A stretch of 64,000 bases of DNA, taken from assembly GCA_951406725.2 (NCBI GenBank), contig OX597817.1, forward strand, positions 12,152,001 through 12,216,000. Direction: 5' to 3'. Each line of letters begins with the position of its first letter. The stretch's first letter is position 1. A program made the position numbers and the translations under genes. The stretch comes from Octopus vulgaris. Lineage: Eukaryota. The notes under the pieces are model-generated. The model was not told where the DNA came from. It saw only the letters and a list, made by a program, of their open reading frames with translations, and ran no database searches. Shown here one piece after another: positions 26,810 to 40,286 of the stretch.

Positions 26810-27600
26810 GGTGCAGGAGTGGCTGTGTGGTAAGTAGCTTGCTAACCAGCCACGTGGTTCCGGGTTCAGTCCCACTGCGTGGCACCTAGGGCAAGTGTCT
26901 TCTACTTTAGCCTTGGGCCAACCAATGCCTTGTGAGTGGATTTGGTAGACGGAAACTGAAAGAAGCCTGTCGTATATATGTATATACTAGCAGTATCGCC
27001 CGGCGTTGCTCAGGTTTGTAAGGGAAATAACTATAAAGCATTTTTAGAGAGTTATAGCCAAAAAATAGCAAAAAAATGGAAAAAAATTAAGGTAAATTTT
27101 TTTTTTAGTTAAAAAAGGTGGAGTTGCGTCCCGTAGACAGTTTGCGGTTTGTGTTTCTGATTCTCGACCCCATGTCGAATTTATCGATTTTTTTCAGAAC
27201 TGGGGGAACTTTTCAAAATTTTCGCTGCGTTAGTTTTGAATTATGACATTGGGCTATGTGTGTGTCAAGTTTCATCAGAATCGGTTGAAAGCCGTGGTCA
27301 GGGTGAGGGTACAAGCAAACAGACACACAGAAACACGCACAGACAAAATGCCGTTTATATAGAGAGAGATATATATGTATGTATGTGTGTTTGTGTGTCT
27401 GTGTTTGTCCCCCTAGCATTGCTTGACAACCGATGCTGGTGTGTTTATGTCCCCGTTACTTAGCAGTTCAGCAAAAGAGACCGATAGAATAAGTACTGAG
27501 CTTACAAAGAATAAGTCCCGGGGTCGATTTGCTCGACTAGAGGCAGTGCTCCAGCATGGCCGCAGTCAAATGACTGAAACAAGTAAACGAGTAAACGAGA
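26810..27600 (+). mobile_element. SINE family A carrying a nested Helitron (26987-27369)
   Basis: SINE 5' and 3' halves are separated by the Helitron in the central TA tract. Confidence 0.8.
26987..27369 (-). mobile_element. Non-autonomous Helitron, second subfamily (shared 3' end, different 5' body)
   Basis: 5' TCTCTCTCTATATAAACGG...AACCGATTCTGATGAAACTT; 3' hairpin + CTAG. Confidence 0.75.
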
Positions 27601-28141
27601 TCACAAAGTTTAATTTACACACCCTCATTTCAATCTTATGTTCCACTTTTATATCGTTTCTATGGGTGATGCCCTTCTTAATATCCAATCACTTTACAGA
27701 GTGTATTGAGTGCATTTCAATGTGGCACAGACACAAAGGAAGGATGTTGCCACACCCCAGATAAAAACTAAAGGGTCCACTCTACCCTTTGTTATCTACA
27801 TTATGTTACAGAGTGTAATGGGTGAATTTATCATGGCACCAGTGCTGGAGATATTGCCTTGATTCTGACAAGACTGAACAGTCTTCTATAGCCTGTGTTG
27901 TCAAACTCATTCAAGGCAACATAATTAAAAGAGTGAATTGAAGAGAGAGTGATGAAAGAGAATGAACAGGAATGAGAGAGAGTAAATATAGTGAGAAAAA
28001 CAGGGACAGAAGAAAAAAGGTGACAGAGGCAGGAGAAATAGAAGAGAAAGTGATAGATAGTTACATTCCATCAGCTTTAGGGTGCTTCCACAGTCAATAC
28101 TGTCTCTTGCACTTTTCTTCTATATATTTATGACCTACTCA

Positions 28142-28566
28142 CAGCACTGGATTAACCATTAAGCAAAACAAGCACGTGCTTAGGGCATCAAGAGAAGGAG
28201 GGGGGTCACCACAGAAATGGTAAATGGTTTATGGCACAAAAGAAACCACTTTAAACTTGCTAAAATAATATTCGGGATGCCTTTATCTCTACTAAGTGTA
28301 GATGCAGATGTGTTACCTAAGATTAACTTTGAGGATCTGATCAAAGACTCTGCAATTCCAAAAAGTAGGAGGAAACTTTTCAAATATAAATAAAATGGAA
28401 GGAGACAAAAATAAACATTAATTTCCCTCTTACCGTTTTGTCTTGAAAAATGAAAAAAATCATTTTATGGTTTGTTATTGTTTATATTTTGAATTGCATA
28501 ATCTTTTGTGGGGACACCAAAATCTTTTAAGTGCTTAGGGCCTTGATGGGTCTTAATCTGGCCCTG
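28142..28566. mobile_element. hAT-type MITE
   Basis: Imperfect TIRs CAGCACTGGATTAA / TTAATCTGGCCCTG; 8-bp TSD CCTACTCA on both sides. Confidence 0.75.
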
Positions 28567-29426
28567 CCTACTCAGTCACCTCCAATCACACCTACTCCTA
28601 TGGAGATATTACCTTTATTTCTCTCTAATCATCCACACCAAAGTGTCATTGACATGTATCAAAATGCCAAACCTACACAGACCCCACAAATGGTGTACAC
28701 ATCAAGAGTGTCCTCCAGTTACATTATGACAATCTTGATTCATTGAACAGCACAAAGAGACAATCACTGCACAATCCAAGAATACATTATCACAATTTCA
28801 TCACCACCAAACCTAAAGAGCAAACAACTGGAATCCTCACAATCACTTCAATTGCTAGGTATCATTATCACAGGATTTTTCTTTGCGGCCACACTCAAAT
28901 GGTGTTTTTTACGTGCCACCTGCACAGGAGCCAGTCTAGCGGCACTGGCAATGACCTCGCTTGATTGTCTTTTCATGTGCCACTGGCACAAGTGCAAGTA
29001 AGGCGGCACTGATAATGATCACGCTTGAATGGTGCTTTTTACATACCACCGACATGGAAACCAGTTAGCTGCTCTGGCAACGATCATGCTCAGATGGTGC
29101 TCTTCGCGCTCCAGAAGCATGGATGCCAGTCATCGAATTTAATTTCGATTTCACTTGCCTCAAGAGGTCTTCGCAAGCAGAGTTTAGTGTCCAGTGAAGG
29201 AAAGGCACTCATAAGTGGGCAATATTAAAAAATATATTATTGTAAAATATTGACTAACAGCAACATTGTATGATAAAAACTATTAGAGAACAACAATACC
29301 AGACAATAATAACACTAAATAACAACAACATAGAATAACAACAATATTTAACAACAGCAATATTGAGCAAAACCAACAATAACAAGAAGAGCAGCAAAAC
29401 TGAACAATCACAACAATCTTGAACAG

Positions 29427-31152
29427 CATCATCATCAGCAGCAGCAGCATTGTTTAACGTCCGCTTACCATGCTAGCATGGGTTGGACAATCTGACTGAG
29501 GACTGGCGAACCAGATGGCTGCACTAGGCTCCAATCTGATCTGGCAGAGTTTCTACAGCAGGATGCCCTTCCTAATGCCAACCACACCAAGAGTATAGTG
29601 GATGCTTTTACATGCCACCGGCACGAGGGCTAGTCAGGCGGTACTGGCAACGGCCACGCTCAAATGGTGTTTTTTACGTACCACCTGCACAAGAGCCAGT
29701 TCAGCAGCACTGGCAATGACCTTGCTAGAATGTTTTTTCATGTGCCAGTAAGGCGACGCTGGTAACGATCACACTCGAATGGTGCTTTTTACGTGCCACC
29801 GGCATGGAAGCCAGTCAGCTGCTCTGGCAATGATCACGCTCGGATGGTGCTCTTAGCGCTCCACTAGCACGGATGCCAGTCATCGAATTTGATTTCAATT
29901 TCAACGAATTTGATTTCAATTTCATCGAATTTGATTTCAATTTCATCGAATTTGATTTCAATTTCAACGAATTTGATTTCAATTTCATCAAATTTGATTT
30001 CAATTTCAACGAATTTGATTTCAATTTCATCGAATTTGATTTCAATTTCATCGAATTTGATTTCAATTTCATCGAATTTGATTTCAATTTCAACGAATTT
30101 GATTTCAATTTCATCGAATTTGATTTCAATTTCATCGAATTTGATTTCAATTTCAACGAATTTGATTTCAATTTCATCGAATTTGATTTCAATTTCAACG
30201 AATTTGATTTCAATTTCATCGAATTTGATTTCAATTTCAACGAATTTGATTTCAATTTCATCGAATTTGATTTCAATTTCATCGAATTTGATTTCAATTT
30301 CATCGAATTTGATTTCAATTTCATCGAATTTGATTTCAATTTCATCAAATTTGATTTCGATTTCATCAAATTTGATTTCGATTTCATCGAATTTGATTTC
30401 GATTTCATCGAATTTGATTTCGATTTCATCGAATTTGATTTCAATTTCAACGAATTTGATTTCAATTTCATCGAATTTGATTTCAATTTCATCAAATTTG
30501 ATTTCAATTTCAACGAATTTGATTTCGATTTCATCGAATTTGATTTCAATTTCATCAAATTTGATTTCAATTTCATCGAATTTGATTTCAATTTCAACGA
30601 ATTTGATTTCAATTTCATCGAATTTGATTTCAATTTCAACGAATTTGATTTCGATTTCATCAAATTTGATTTCGATTTCATCAAATTTGATTTCGATTTC
30701 ATCAAATTTGATTTCGATTTCATCAAATTTGATTTCAATTTCATCAAATTTGATTTCGATTTCATCAAATTTGATTTCGATTTCATCAAATTTGATTTCA
30801 ATTTCATCGAATTTGATTTCAATTTCATCGAATTTGATTTCAATTTCATCAAATTTGATTTCAATTTCATCGAATTTGATTTCGATTTCATCAAATTTGA
30901 TTTCGATTTCATCGAATTTGATTTCGATTTCATCAAATTTGATTTCAATTTCATCGAATTTGATTTCAATTTCATCAAATTTGATTTCAATTTCATCGAA
31001 TTTGATTTCGATTTCATCAAATTTGATTTCGATTTCATCGAATTTGATTTCAATTTCAACGAATTTGATTTCAATTTCATCGAATTTGATTTCAATTTCA
31101 TCAAATTTGATTTCGATTTCATCAAATTTGATTTCGATTTCACTTGCCTCAA
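29427..31152 (-). mobile_element. RTE 3'-UTR tail hosting the 21-bp minisatellite
   Basis: Tail motifs run 29427-29880; the array follows; the element resumes with CACTTGCCTCAA at 31141. Confidence 0.7.
29881..31142. repeat. 21-bp minisatellite, about 60 copies (CATCGAATTTGATTTCAATTT and variants)
   Basis: Read directly; period 21. Confidence 0.97.
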
Positions 31153-31333
31153 AAGGACGAAAGGCAAAGTCAACCTTGGTGGAATGTGAACTCAGAATGT
31201 ACTGACAGACGAAATGCCGCTAAACATTTTACCTGGGATGTTGTATGATGATCATAATGAACAACAGTGACTCTGAACACAATCAATATTGAACAACAAC
31301 AATACTGGACAACACTCAACAGCCAAAACAATA

Positions 31334-31734
31334 TCTTTATATATAAAAGTGAGGTTGTGTGCTGTCTGTCTCCTACGATTTAGATTCCTAACTACTCCCA
31401 CATTTTGCGGTGCAGTTTAACCAAAACCGGGTATCTTATAGTTGTGATTCATATCGAGCCCTTCTGGGTATTAGTGCGCGTCTACGATGAGTCTACAATT
31501 TAAAAAAAATTTACCATCAATTTTTCCCATTTTTAATGCATTTTTGGCATATATAAGGGAAGTAACTCTCTAAAAATTTATTAAATCTCAGAACATAAAA
31601 AGCTACAGTAACACCCCCACCCCACCCCCTTTGTGGTTAGCCATATTGAGATGGCCATTATACTTTACATCTCTAAAAATGCTTATATAGTTATTTCCCT
31701 TACAAACCCGAGCAACGCCGGGCGATACTGCTAG
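31334..31734 (+). mobile_element. Non-autonomous Helitron
   Basis: A|TC start, subterminal hairpin CCCGAGCAACGCCGGG, CTAG|T end, no TSD. Confidence 0.8.
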
Positions 31735-32106
31735 TTTGTTTATAAACAATGGTACTAAACAATATTGACAAAACTGAACAGTAACTTTTGCATAACAACA
31801 TTGAATAACAACAACAATACTGAACAATACTATTGTTAAGATAACGAGAATATTGTTCAATACAAACACGCAGCAATAACATCGATACTGAATAACAACA
31901 ATGATAAACAACATTGAGCAACAATAGCAATACTGAGCAACATGACTGTACAACAACAACAATACTGAACAATAACAAAAATACTGTTCAATACTAACAT
32001 ACAATAACAACAATACTAAACAACGATATTGCATAACATCACTGAATACTAACAGCACTGAGCAACAATGATAGTAATGATATTAGACCAAAACAAGATT
32101 GCATAC

Positions 32107-32230
32107 TTTCATAGTGCAGTCCACCATAATACATGGGAGGAATTTCAATATGGTCATCCTGGTTTGGTCCTTGCGATGAGTCATGATAGAGACGGTAATT
32201 CTGAGGAGGTGGTGTCTGATTAACACATAA
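32107..32230 (-). CDS. Candidate gephyrin linker (C-domain) exon: LCVNQTPPPQNYRLYHDSSQGPNQDDHIEIPPMYYGGLHYE
   Basis: Non-repetitive island. Acceptor ttttgattttgttacag, donor gtatgc, 124 nt. Phase 0/1 fits the phase-1 start of the 17665 exon. No homology recognised. Confidence 0.45.
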
Positions 32231-33440
32231 CTGTAACAAAATCAAAAGATAAAGTATGAGTGGAGGAGAAGGCAGACTGTACATAAAGAGTGGCTTTATG
32301 ATGATGTAGTAAGATGATAAAACAGATGGCCTACTGAAATGCTGGGATGATTAACAGTTTTAATAGAGGGTAAAACAACTAGAGCATGTAAAAAAAGGAA
32401 AGATAAATGTAAATAATAAATTATAATGGATGACTCTAAAATGAGATGTGTATGAGTATGTTTATGTATATATGAGGATGTAGGTGGATGCTTGAATTGT
32501 AACCAAGTCGTGAGCCAAGAAATATATTCTAATACAGAATTAATCATCTTGAAGTAATATCAGCATATGCAAAATGATCTGTTACGTATATCAAGATTGG
32601 TTTGGGGTATAGAATTAAGGACTTTTACTCATATTTCCTGATCAACTATAAACTCGGTTTCCTGATATTCCAGCAAGTTTCTTTTCTGATCTACCTGAGA
32701 CTGACTCCTTGATCTAATGAAAACAAGTCACCCATTTGTGTTCTCATCTTTGAAAACTTCTGCACTCTTGACTGTTTTCTTTGTCGTACAGACATGATTT
32801 TGCAAATTACATTATTTTCATTAGAATTTTATTTAGCGTATAACTACTATTTGTACTGTAAATTAATAACAAATACTCAAAACGCATTCTGACAGGCCCT
32901 ACCAGTTGCATAGATCTGATAGCATCTTAAGCACTTGTTATATCATCATCATCATCATCATCATCATCGTTTAGCGTCCGTTTTTCATGCTAGCATGGGT
33001 TGGACGGTTCTACTGGGGTCTGTGAAGCCAGAAGGCTTCATCAAGCCCAGTCAAATCTGGCAGTGTTTCTACGGCTGGATGCCCTTCCTAACGCCAACCA
33101 CTCCGTGAGTGTAGTGGGTGCTTTTTACGTGCCACCCGCACAGGTGCTAGACAGAGCTGGCAAACGGCCACGAACGGATGGTGCTTTTTATGTGCCACCG
33201 GCACGAGGGCCAGGCGAGGCTGGCAATGGACACGAACGGATGGTGCTTTTTATAGTGGATATCAAACCGATAGACTATTTATTGTAGGGTCTGGTCAGAT
33301 TAGATCAGTATCAACTTAGTGGAAGTAGTCTAGTAACAAAGTCAACGATACTGACATAAGGTCCTACTCTCTAGAGAAAAGAGTAGTGTCAGTCATTTTT
33401 ATCCATCAATACTGCACAGAACTTTTCATTAGTGTTACAT

Positions 33441-33666
33441 TACTCTTTACTCTCTTTTACTCTTTTACTTGTTTCAGTCATTTGACTGCAGCCATGCTGG
33501 AGCACCGCCTTTAGTCAAGAAAATCAACCCTGGGACTTATTCTTTGTAAGCCCAGTACTTATTCTATCGGTCTCTTTTGCCAAACCGCTAAGTGACGGGG
33601 ACATAAACACACCACCATCGGTTGTCAAGCAATGCTAGGGGGACAAACACAAACACACAAACACAT

Positions 33667-33697
<31 letters not shown>

Positions 33698-33864
33698 CAT
33701 ACGACAGTCTTCTTTCAGTTTCCGTCTACCAAATCCACTCACAAGGCTTTGGTCAGCCCGGGGCTATAGCAGAAGACACTTGCCCAAGATGTCACGCAGT
33801 GGGACTGAACCCGGAACCATGTGGTTGGTTAGCAAGCTACTTACCACACAGCCACTCCTGCGCC
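33441..33864 (-). mobile_element. SINE family A
   Basis: Full-length match. Confidence 0.85.
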
Positions 33865-34410
33865 TACATTGACCAGGTTTTTGCCATTTTGCCACCCAAG
33901 AATAAAAAAACAAAAAAGACAAGCCTTGTAAGCATGAGCAATTGTGGTGAGACATGAGCTATTATTTTCCCATACCCTTTCATACAAGGTGGCACAGTAG
34001 ACTAATGTTTCATCACTTGAGATATTCATTTCTATTGTCTAGCTGTTGTTTTAACACATCAACAACAACAAAAAAACAACCAAAATACAACATTTAGCAT
34101 GCATACAAAAATAAATACTATATCATCTAACAACAACATCACACTATGATATCATTATTTTGTATTGAGAATGGTGTTTGCCTTTTTTTTTTTTTCTAGG
34201 GGTCTTTTTTTTTTCCTTTCAGTTACTTAAAGAAGACAAGGCAGACAAGAGTATAGAGAATGTATGAAGACCAATATTAACGTTTTAAGTTTTTTTAAAT
34301 ATCAGTAATTGGTTGGAAACGAGACAGAACAGAACATTAGATGCATGATGAGATAAACATCGCTGTTACTTCAATAAGCAAACGCTAACATATTATTACT
34401 TGAGTGTGGG

Positions 34411-34444
<34 letters not shown>

Positions 34445-34849
34445 ACACACAACACACGAAGTGTATTTGAGTGCATCAGAGAGAGGTGGGAGGGATTCAG
34501 TTTTCCTAATTTGTGAAACATCACAAAGCAATCCATAACACTTCTTTTGCCCATAACCTAAATTTCAAGATACAAAAAGCTAAAAGAGATCATGATATGT
34601 CTTATCCATAATAATAATAATAATAATAAAAGCATAGCAGCTACTGATCATTACATGTCTATCAACAAAATAATTGTCAGAGAGAAAATGATTATGTTCT
34701 AAGGAGGAAAATGATATGCTAAATTTATCGGTGCTTCTGTAGATCACGACTGAAGCTGCTGCTCGACTAATCAAACATAAACGTGATATGCCTGAGCATT
34801 GCAAAATAGATCATCAGGTATGTTACTATCAATGTGATCTCAGTATAAT

Positions 34850-35900
34850 TGGAAAACTAGTAGTAGTGTTTTCTAACATTTTAAGGATTAAAAGTCAAGT
34901 TGTTACAGCCAATGAATGGTAAGCTTTTGGAACACTAAAAACTTCTGAATAGACTGCCTCGGGGAACATTTTGGAGAATAAAACTGTTTGCAAAATTTTT
35001 CTCAGATATATCCCCAATTATCAGAACAGCAAAGCTCTTTAACTATTTTGATAACACCAAAATAGCAAAGGCAATCACAAGCCCTGATGATGTCAACAAC
35101 CTAGAGGAAAACTTTGCGTTCATTTACAAGTGGGCTGATGGAAACAACATGAAATTCAATGCAGAAAAATTACAAATACTTCATTATCAATCCTCTAATA
35201 CTTTGTAGACTTGATAAACAAAGAGGATTCCAATGGCAAACTCAGATTTATGTGACATCTGCAAATTATAAGTAATAACATATCGTTTTGTTTTTTTGGA
35301 TATATTAATAAGATAACAATTTTCAAAGAATTAGCAGAATAGATTCAGAGATAATTTAGAACAACAGAACAAGAAGCCAATTTGGTCTTCTAGAATATAA
35401 TTATTCTCAGTCATATGGGTTATTGTTCCCAGCTATGGCACTTCACAATATCACCCTTACTGCTGGAGTAGAAATAATGAAATGATTTGAAAGCAGCTGC
35501 ACTTCAGAGGGGTTGAAAGTATTAAGAATTTATTTCCTGCCTTAAAGAAGGGAAAATTAGCTGTAATTTATATCTGAATAATCTTACACGGAAATAATAC
35601 CAACTATGCAAATTGCTAGACTGTGTACCATTGAACAGTGGTAAAAGTTCTTCACACTACATACTGGATTAGGACTAGATACTGTAATAGCTATAGAGTT
35701 TCAAAAGACCACAGCTCTGCAATTCCATCTCTCACTTCATAAAACATAGAGGATCTGCAGGGAGTAGATGCCAACAAATTCAGACAACACTTAGACATTC
35801 TACTGCACAAGATTCTGATGAATCATCATTGCAACAAGAGGACATAGATGATGTCTGCAAATTCAAATTCCCTCATTCACTGACTGTAGAACAAAAGAGG
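34850..35900 (+). pseudogene. Very decayed CR1/L2-type RT remnant
   Basis: FDNTKIAKAITSPDDVNNLEE...IYKWADGNNMKFNAEK (degenerate ADDTK..W...N.M.FN..K). Boundaries approximate. Confidence 0.5.
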
Positions 35901-35974
35901 ATGGAGTAGCATCAAAGGTGGTGATCCAGCATGGCCACACAACCGTTTGCAACCAGTAATAGAGTATAGAGACA

Positions 35975-36281
35975 TCTTTATATATAAAATTGAAGTTGTG
36001 TGTGTGAGATTCTGTCTCTTTCGATTTAGATTCCTAACTACTCCCACATTTTGCGGTGCAGTTTAACCAAAACCGGGTATCTTATAGTCGTCATTCATAT
36101 CGAGCCCTTCTGGGTATTAGCGTGCATCTACGATGAGTCTACGATTTTTTAAAAAAATTACCATCATTTTTCCGCATTTTTAATGATTTTTGCTCAGGTT
36201 ATATAAGGGAAGTAGCTCTCTAAAAATGCTTATATAGTTATTTCCCTTACAAACTCGAGCAACGCCGGGCGATACTGCTAG
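35975..36281 (+). mobile_element. Non-autonomous Helitron
   Basis: A|TC...hairpin...CTAG|T. Confidence 0.8.
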
Positions 36282-36356
36282 TTATGTATATAAATCCTCT
36301 ATGCAGATTAGTCCAGAACAGTTGAGTTATGAAAGTGTTCACACATAAAATATACA

Positions 36357-37727
36357 CCTTAGAACAAAATTTAGAGAAGTGAGATACACAGACATATAGC
36401 ACAAATTTAACCTAAACAACTGTCAAGAATTAGTGTTGCACTGGGATGGAAAGCTCCTCCCAGTGCTCACAGGCATTGAAAAGGTTGAGAGACTGGCAAT
36501 AATAACTTTTCAAGGCAAGGAGCAATTGTTGGGAGTCCCTGAAATTCCAACATCTTCAGGACAACAGCAAACCATGGCAGTTTACCAAGCAGTGGAGAAG
36601 TGGGGTGCAACTGATAAAATTCAGGCACTTTGTTGTGATACAATAGCAAGGAACACAGATCAAGTAAATGGTGCCTGTACAAATCTAGAAAAATTGTTCA
36701 ACCATGATCTGTTGTTCAATCAGGATCTTGCCATCATCACATTTTTTAGTTAGTTTTTAGGAGCTGTTTTGACTCACTGATGGATGCCATTTCTGGTCCA
36801 GACATAGTGTTTTTCAAAAGATATAAAGAAACCCAAACAAAACTCAACAAGAAGGTTTACATAACTGGTAGCAATGAAGTGTCTGATGATGTCCACTCTA
36901 CCATTCTTGGATTTCTTGAATACCACCTTTCTATGCAGAAGCAGCAATGAAATGATTACTGAGAACTGTTGGAGTTAACGATGATCTTTCTTGGTGGCAT
37001 TCTGAAGAATGGGATATCATTTCATACACCAGGAACTGTAAGTCATGCCAGGTAGATGTCAAAAGCAATTTACACATGCAAGATATAACTGTTTCAAGAT
37101 CAATTTCAGTTATCTCCTGAGGAGAAGAACTCTTTCAGAAAAATATGTATTTTTCTTGCTCAAGTGCATGTTTGAGCCTGGTTTCTGTCATCAGAAGCAA
37201 TTAAAGCACCTTATCGGGATTTCCTATTCATGTGTCAACTGATAAATTATCAGGATATTGATCCAGTAATCAGTAAGGTTGGTACAAAAAAATTTTCCAA
37301 CCATCTCTGGTACTTAGCTCCTGAAATTGTGGCTTTATCCATATTTGATGACAATGTTCCAATGGAGGTGAAGGCAAATATTGCTCAAGTTATACTGGAA
37401 GTAGACACATGAAGAAGAGGAATAAGAAAAATATCAACTGGAGAGGTACATTCGGCACCAAAATGACTTTCCTTCCTTTACAAACATCAACTTTTTGTCT
37501 TTTGTAACGACTGGTACAAAAACTTTCTTCATGACGTTTTTCTATCAGCATTGATTTCCTCCACAAAGACCGTTCAACATGGAAGGATGAGCCTAGTGAC
37601 AAAAGTGGACTTCAAAAACTTGAGAAGACAGTTGTGAATGATGTTGCAGAAAGAGGGGTCAAACTCATTCAGGATTACAATAACATTCTTACAAAAGAAG
37701 AAACTGAGAAACAATTTGTTTTACAGT
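36357..37727 (+). pseudogene. Decayed hAT-like (hATm/hATx-type) DNA transposase
   Basis: Motifs HWDGKLL, CCDT..RNT...NGAC, CHHH, ELLEL, HLWYL and VNDVAERGVKL across stops and frameshifts. Subfamily assignment is from memory. Confidence 0.65.
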
Positions 37728-38998
37728 AGGTAATATAGTTGTGTGCTGTCTTTCATTGTATGCCTTTGCATCCTTTAAAGATTCATAAAATTTTTTAGCT
37801 TCTATTTCTTCAGTATTTACTGTTCAGCGATCTGGTGGTTCCTTTTGAGAGGTTAAGTGTCTCATCCTCCTCATCATTTAATGTCCGTTTTCCATGTTGG
37901 CATGGGTTGGACAGTTTGACTGAAAACTCCTTCAGCTGTATGGTGGGTCCTGCTTGCGAAGACCTGCTTGCTAGGCACAGAGGTGGCTATGTCATAAGAA
38001 GTTTGCTTTAGTCTGACTGTGTGGCACCTTGGGCAAGTGTCTTCTGCTACAGTCCCGGGCTAATTAAAGCCTTACAAGCAGATTTGGTAGACAGAAACTG
38101 AAAGAAACCTGTTATGTATTTATTGTGTGTGGCTGGTGGCACGTAAAAAGCACCAACCAATCGTAGCCATTGTCAGCCTCGCCTGGCACCTGTGGTGGTG
38201 GCACGTAAAAAGCACTCACTACACTCACGGAGTGGTTGGCGTTAGGAAGGGCATCCAGCTGTAGAAACTCTGCCAGATCAGACTGGAGCCTGTGCAGCCT
38301 CCTGGCTTCCCAGACCCCAGTCAACGCGTCCAACCCATGCTAGCATGGAAAGCGGACGTTAAACGATGATGATGATGATCATCATCATCATTACCGAAAA
38401 TGGTAAAACACACACAACTGATACTAAATCTTCTCTTATGCGAAAATACTGTTCAATATTCAGTGTCCAGAGTTCACATTATGCTTTTGATTCTATAGAA
38501 ATTATTGTTGCAAATAAAAATGCGTTTCTCTTATAGAAGTTGTGTGCTTTATTAAGAAAAGCTAACATTTCTTGAGTTTTTCATCTTATTCCAGGAATTT
38601 TTCAAATTAACTATTTTAGTAAATTTGATTCAGAACATTTTTAAACATCTGTTGGGGTTGCCTGGATGTGCCCACATAAATTTCTCTAAGAAGAAATAAG
38701 AAAATGGTCGAGAAAGGGAACAGTATATCGCTTTTGAACAGAATTAATAGTTGCGTATACTATGTTCCAACTTAGAGGCATTTGAGGGGGTCATCAAGCA
38801 GTTGTCTGATTAAGCTGAGATTTTGCACACCCCATTATGTTGTCTATTGGAACAGAATTAAGGGATAGGAGCAGCAAAATTTTAACTTTCAGGAAATTAC
38901 TATTTGCTAAGGGCCACTCTAATATATATATATACATGTGTGTGAGTATACACATATACATATATATGTGTGTGTGTACACATAGACACACTCATATA

Positions 38999-39512
38999 TC
39001 TATATATATAAAACTGTAGTTGTGTGAGTGTCTGTCTCCTACGATTTAGATTCCTAACTCCTCCCACATTTTGCGGTGCAGTTTAACCATATTCGGGTAT
39101 CTTATAGTCGTGATTAATATCGAGCCCGTCTGGCTATTAGCGCACGTCTACGATGAGTCTACGATTTAAAAAATAATTTAACATCATTTTTTATTCCATT
39201 TTAATGCATAATTTTTCGTGTGTCGATGGCGGCGGAGTTGGAGTCCACGCTCAAACACCTGCACCTGTTTGCTTCTCCCCTTCTTCCCTCCCTCGTGAAG
39301 CTGTGGGGAAGGGAGTGTAAGGAAATCAACGTCGTAAAGCGTTGTCAAGGAGACCAGCGTTCTTTTAGAACAACGACTTCATGGCTTGAAGACACCAAAA
39401 CAGAAATGGCTAAGAAAGCCCGAATTGGCATCTATAAGGGAAGTAACTCTCTAAAAATGCTTATATATTTATTTCCCTTACAAAACCGAGCAACGCCGGG
39501 CGATACTGCTAG
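38999..39512 (+). mobile_element. Non-autonomous Helitron with an extra internal segment
   Basis: A|TC...CTAG|T, with a unique GC-richer block at about 39210-39432. Confidence 0.8.
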
Positions 39513-39823
39513 TTTGTATATACAAATGCATGTATACTATGAGTGTTTGTGCGTGCACATGCTTTTTTTTTCTTTTTCCAAGATATGAATGAACTTTGAT
39601 GAACTGCAAAAGACCACATCCCTCATATTTCTTATGACCTAAATTTAAGGGACAAAATGATCAACACACGTGTGTGTGTGTGTGTGTGTGCACACGCATA
39701 TATCTGGGTTCAGTTAGAGAAATATGCATGTGTAAGTAAGTGTGCAATCGTATACACAGCCAAATATATACATATACAACTTCTTTATATGTATATAAAA
39801 CATGTGTATATGTGAATACGTAT

Positions 39824-40212
39824 GGCGGGGAAGCACTCCGTCGGTTACGACGATGAGGGTTCTGGTTGATCCGATCAACGGAACAGCCTGCTCGTGAAAT
39901 TAACGTGTAAGTGGCTGAGCACTCCACAGACACGTGTACCCTTAACGTAGTTCTCGGGGATATTCAGCGTGACACAGAGAGTGACAAGGCCGGCCCTTTG
40001 AAATACAGGTACAACAGAAACAGGAAGTAAGAGTGAGAGAAAGTTGTGGTGAAAGAGTACAGCAGGGATCACCATCATCCCCTGCCGGAGCCTCGTGGAG
40101 CTTTTTTAGGTGTTTTCGCTCAATAAACACTCACAACGCCCGGTCTGGGAATCGAAACCGCGATCCTACGACCGCGAGTCCGCTGCCCTAACCACTGGGC
40201 CATTGCACCTCC
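39824..40212 (-). mobile_element. tRNA-derived SINE family B (tRNA-Arg-like head)
   Basis: Head GGAGGTGCAATGGCCCAGTGGTTAGG...GGTTTCGATTCCC. 10-bp TSD GAATACGTAT at 39814-39823 and 40213-40222. A head fragment also lies at about 4810-4880. Confidence 0.85.
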
Positions 40213-40286
40213 GAATACGTATATATCCTGAGGCTTGGTAATACCAAGAAATCTATAGCTTTGTCAAACCTTGAAGTAAAACTTAC

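Noticed and set aside
29815-31205. Three 438-452 aa ORFs (FIEFDFN, MKLKSNS and ISISSNL repeats)
   Set aside because: They are translations of a stop-free 21-bp minisatellite inside a retroelement UTR; there is no evidence of coding function.
32690-32796. Short minus-strand ORF MSVRQRKQSRVQKFSKMRTQMGDLFSLDQGVSLR as an exon
   Set aside because: Its candidate donors would not keep the gephyrin frame through the 32230 candidate exon, and no homology was recognised.
38400-38922. Right terminus of the hAT-like element ending ...CACTCTAA
   Set aside because: Plausible, but no matching left TIR or TSD could be identified, so it was not annotated.
39824-40212. Functional tRNA genes at SINE heads (also 18568, 23547-23621 and 4810-4880)
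   Set aside because: The heads run into SINE bodies, and I could not see a clean acceptor stem or Pol III terminator; one copy has a TSD.
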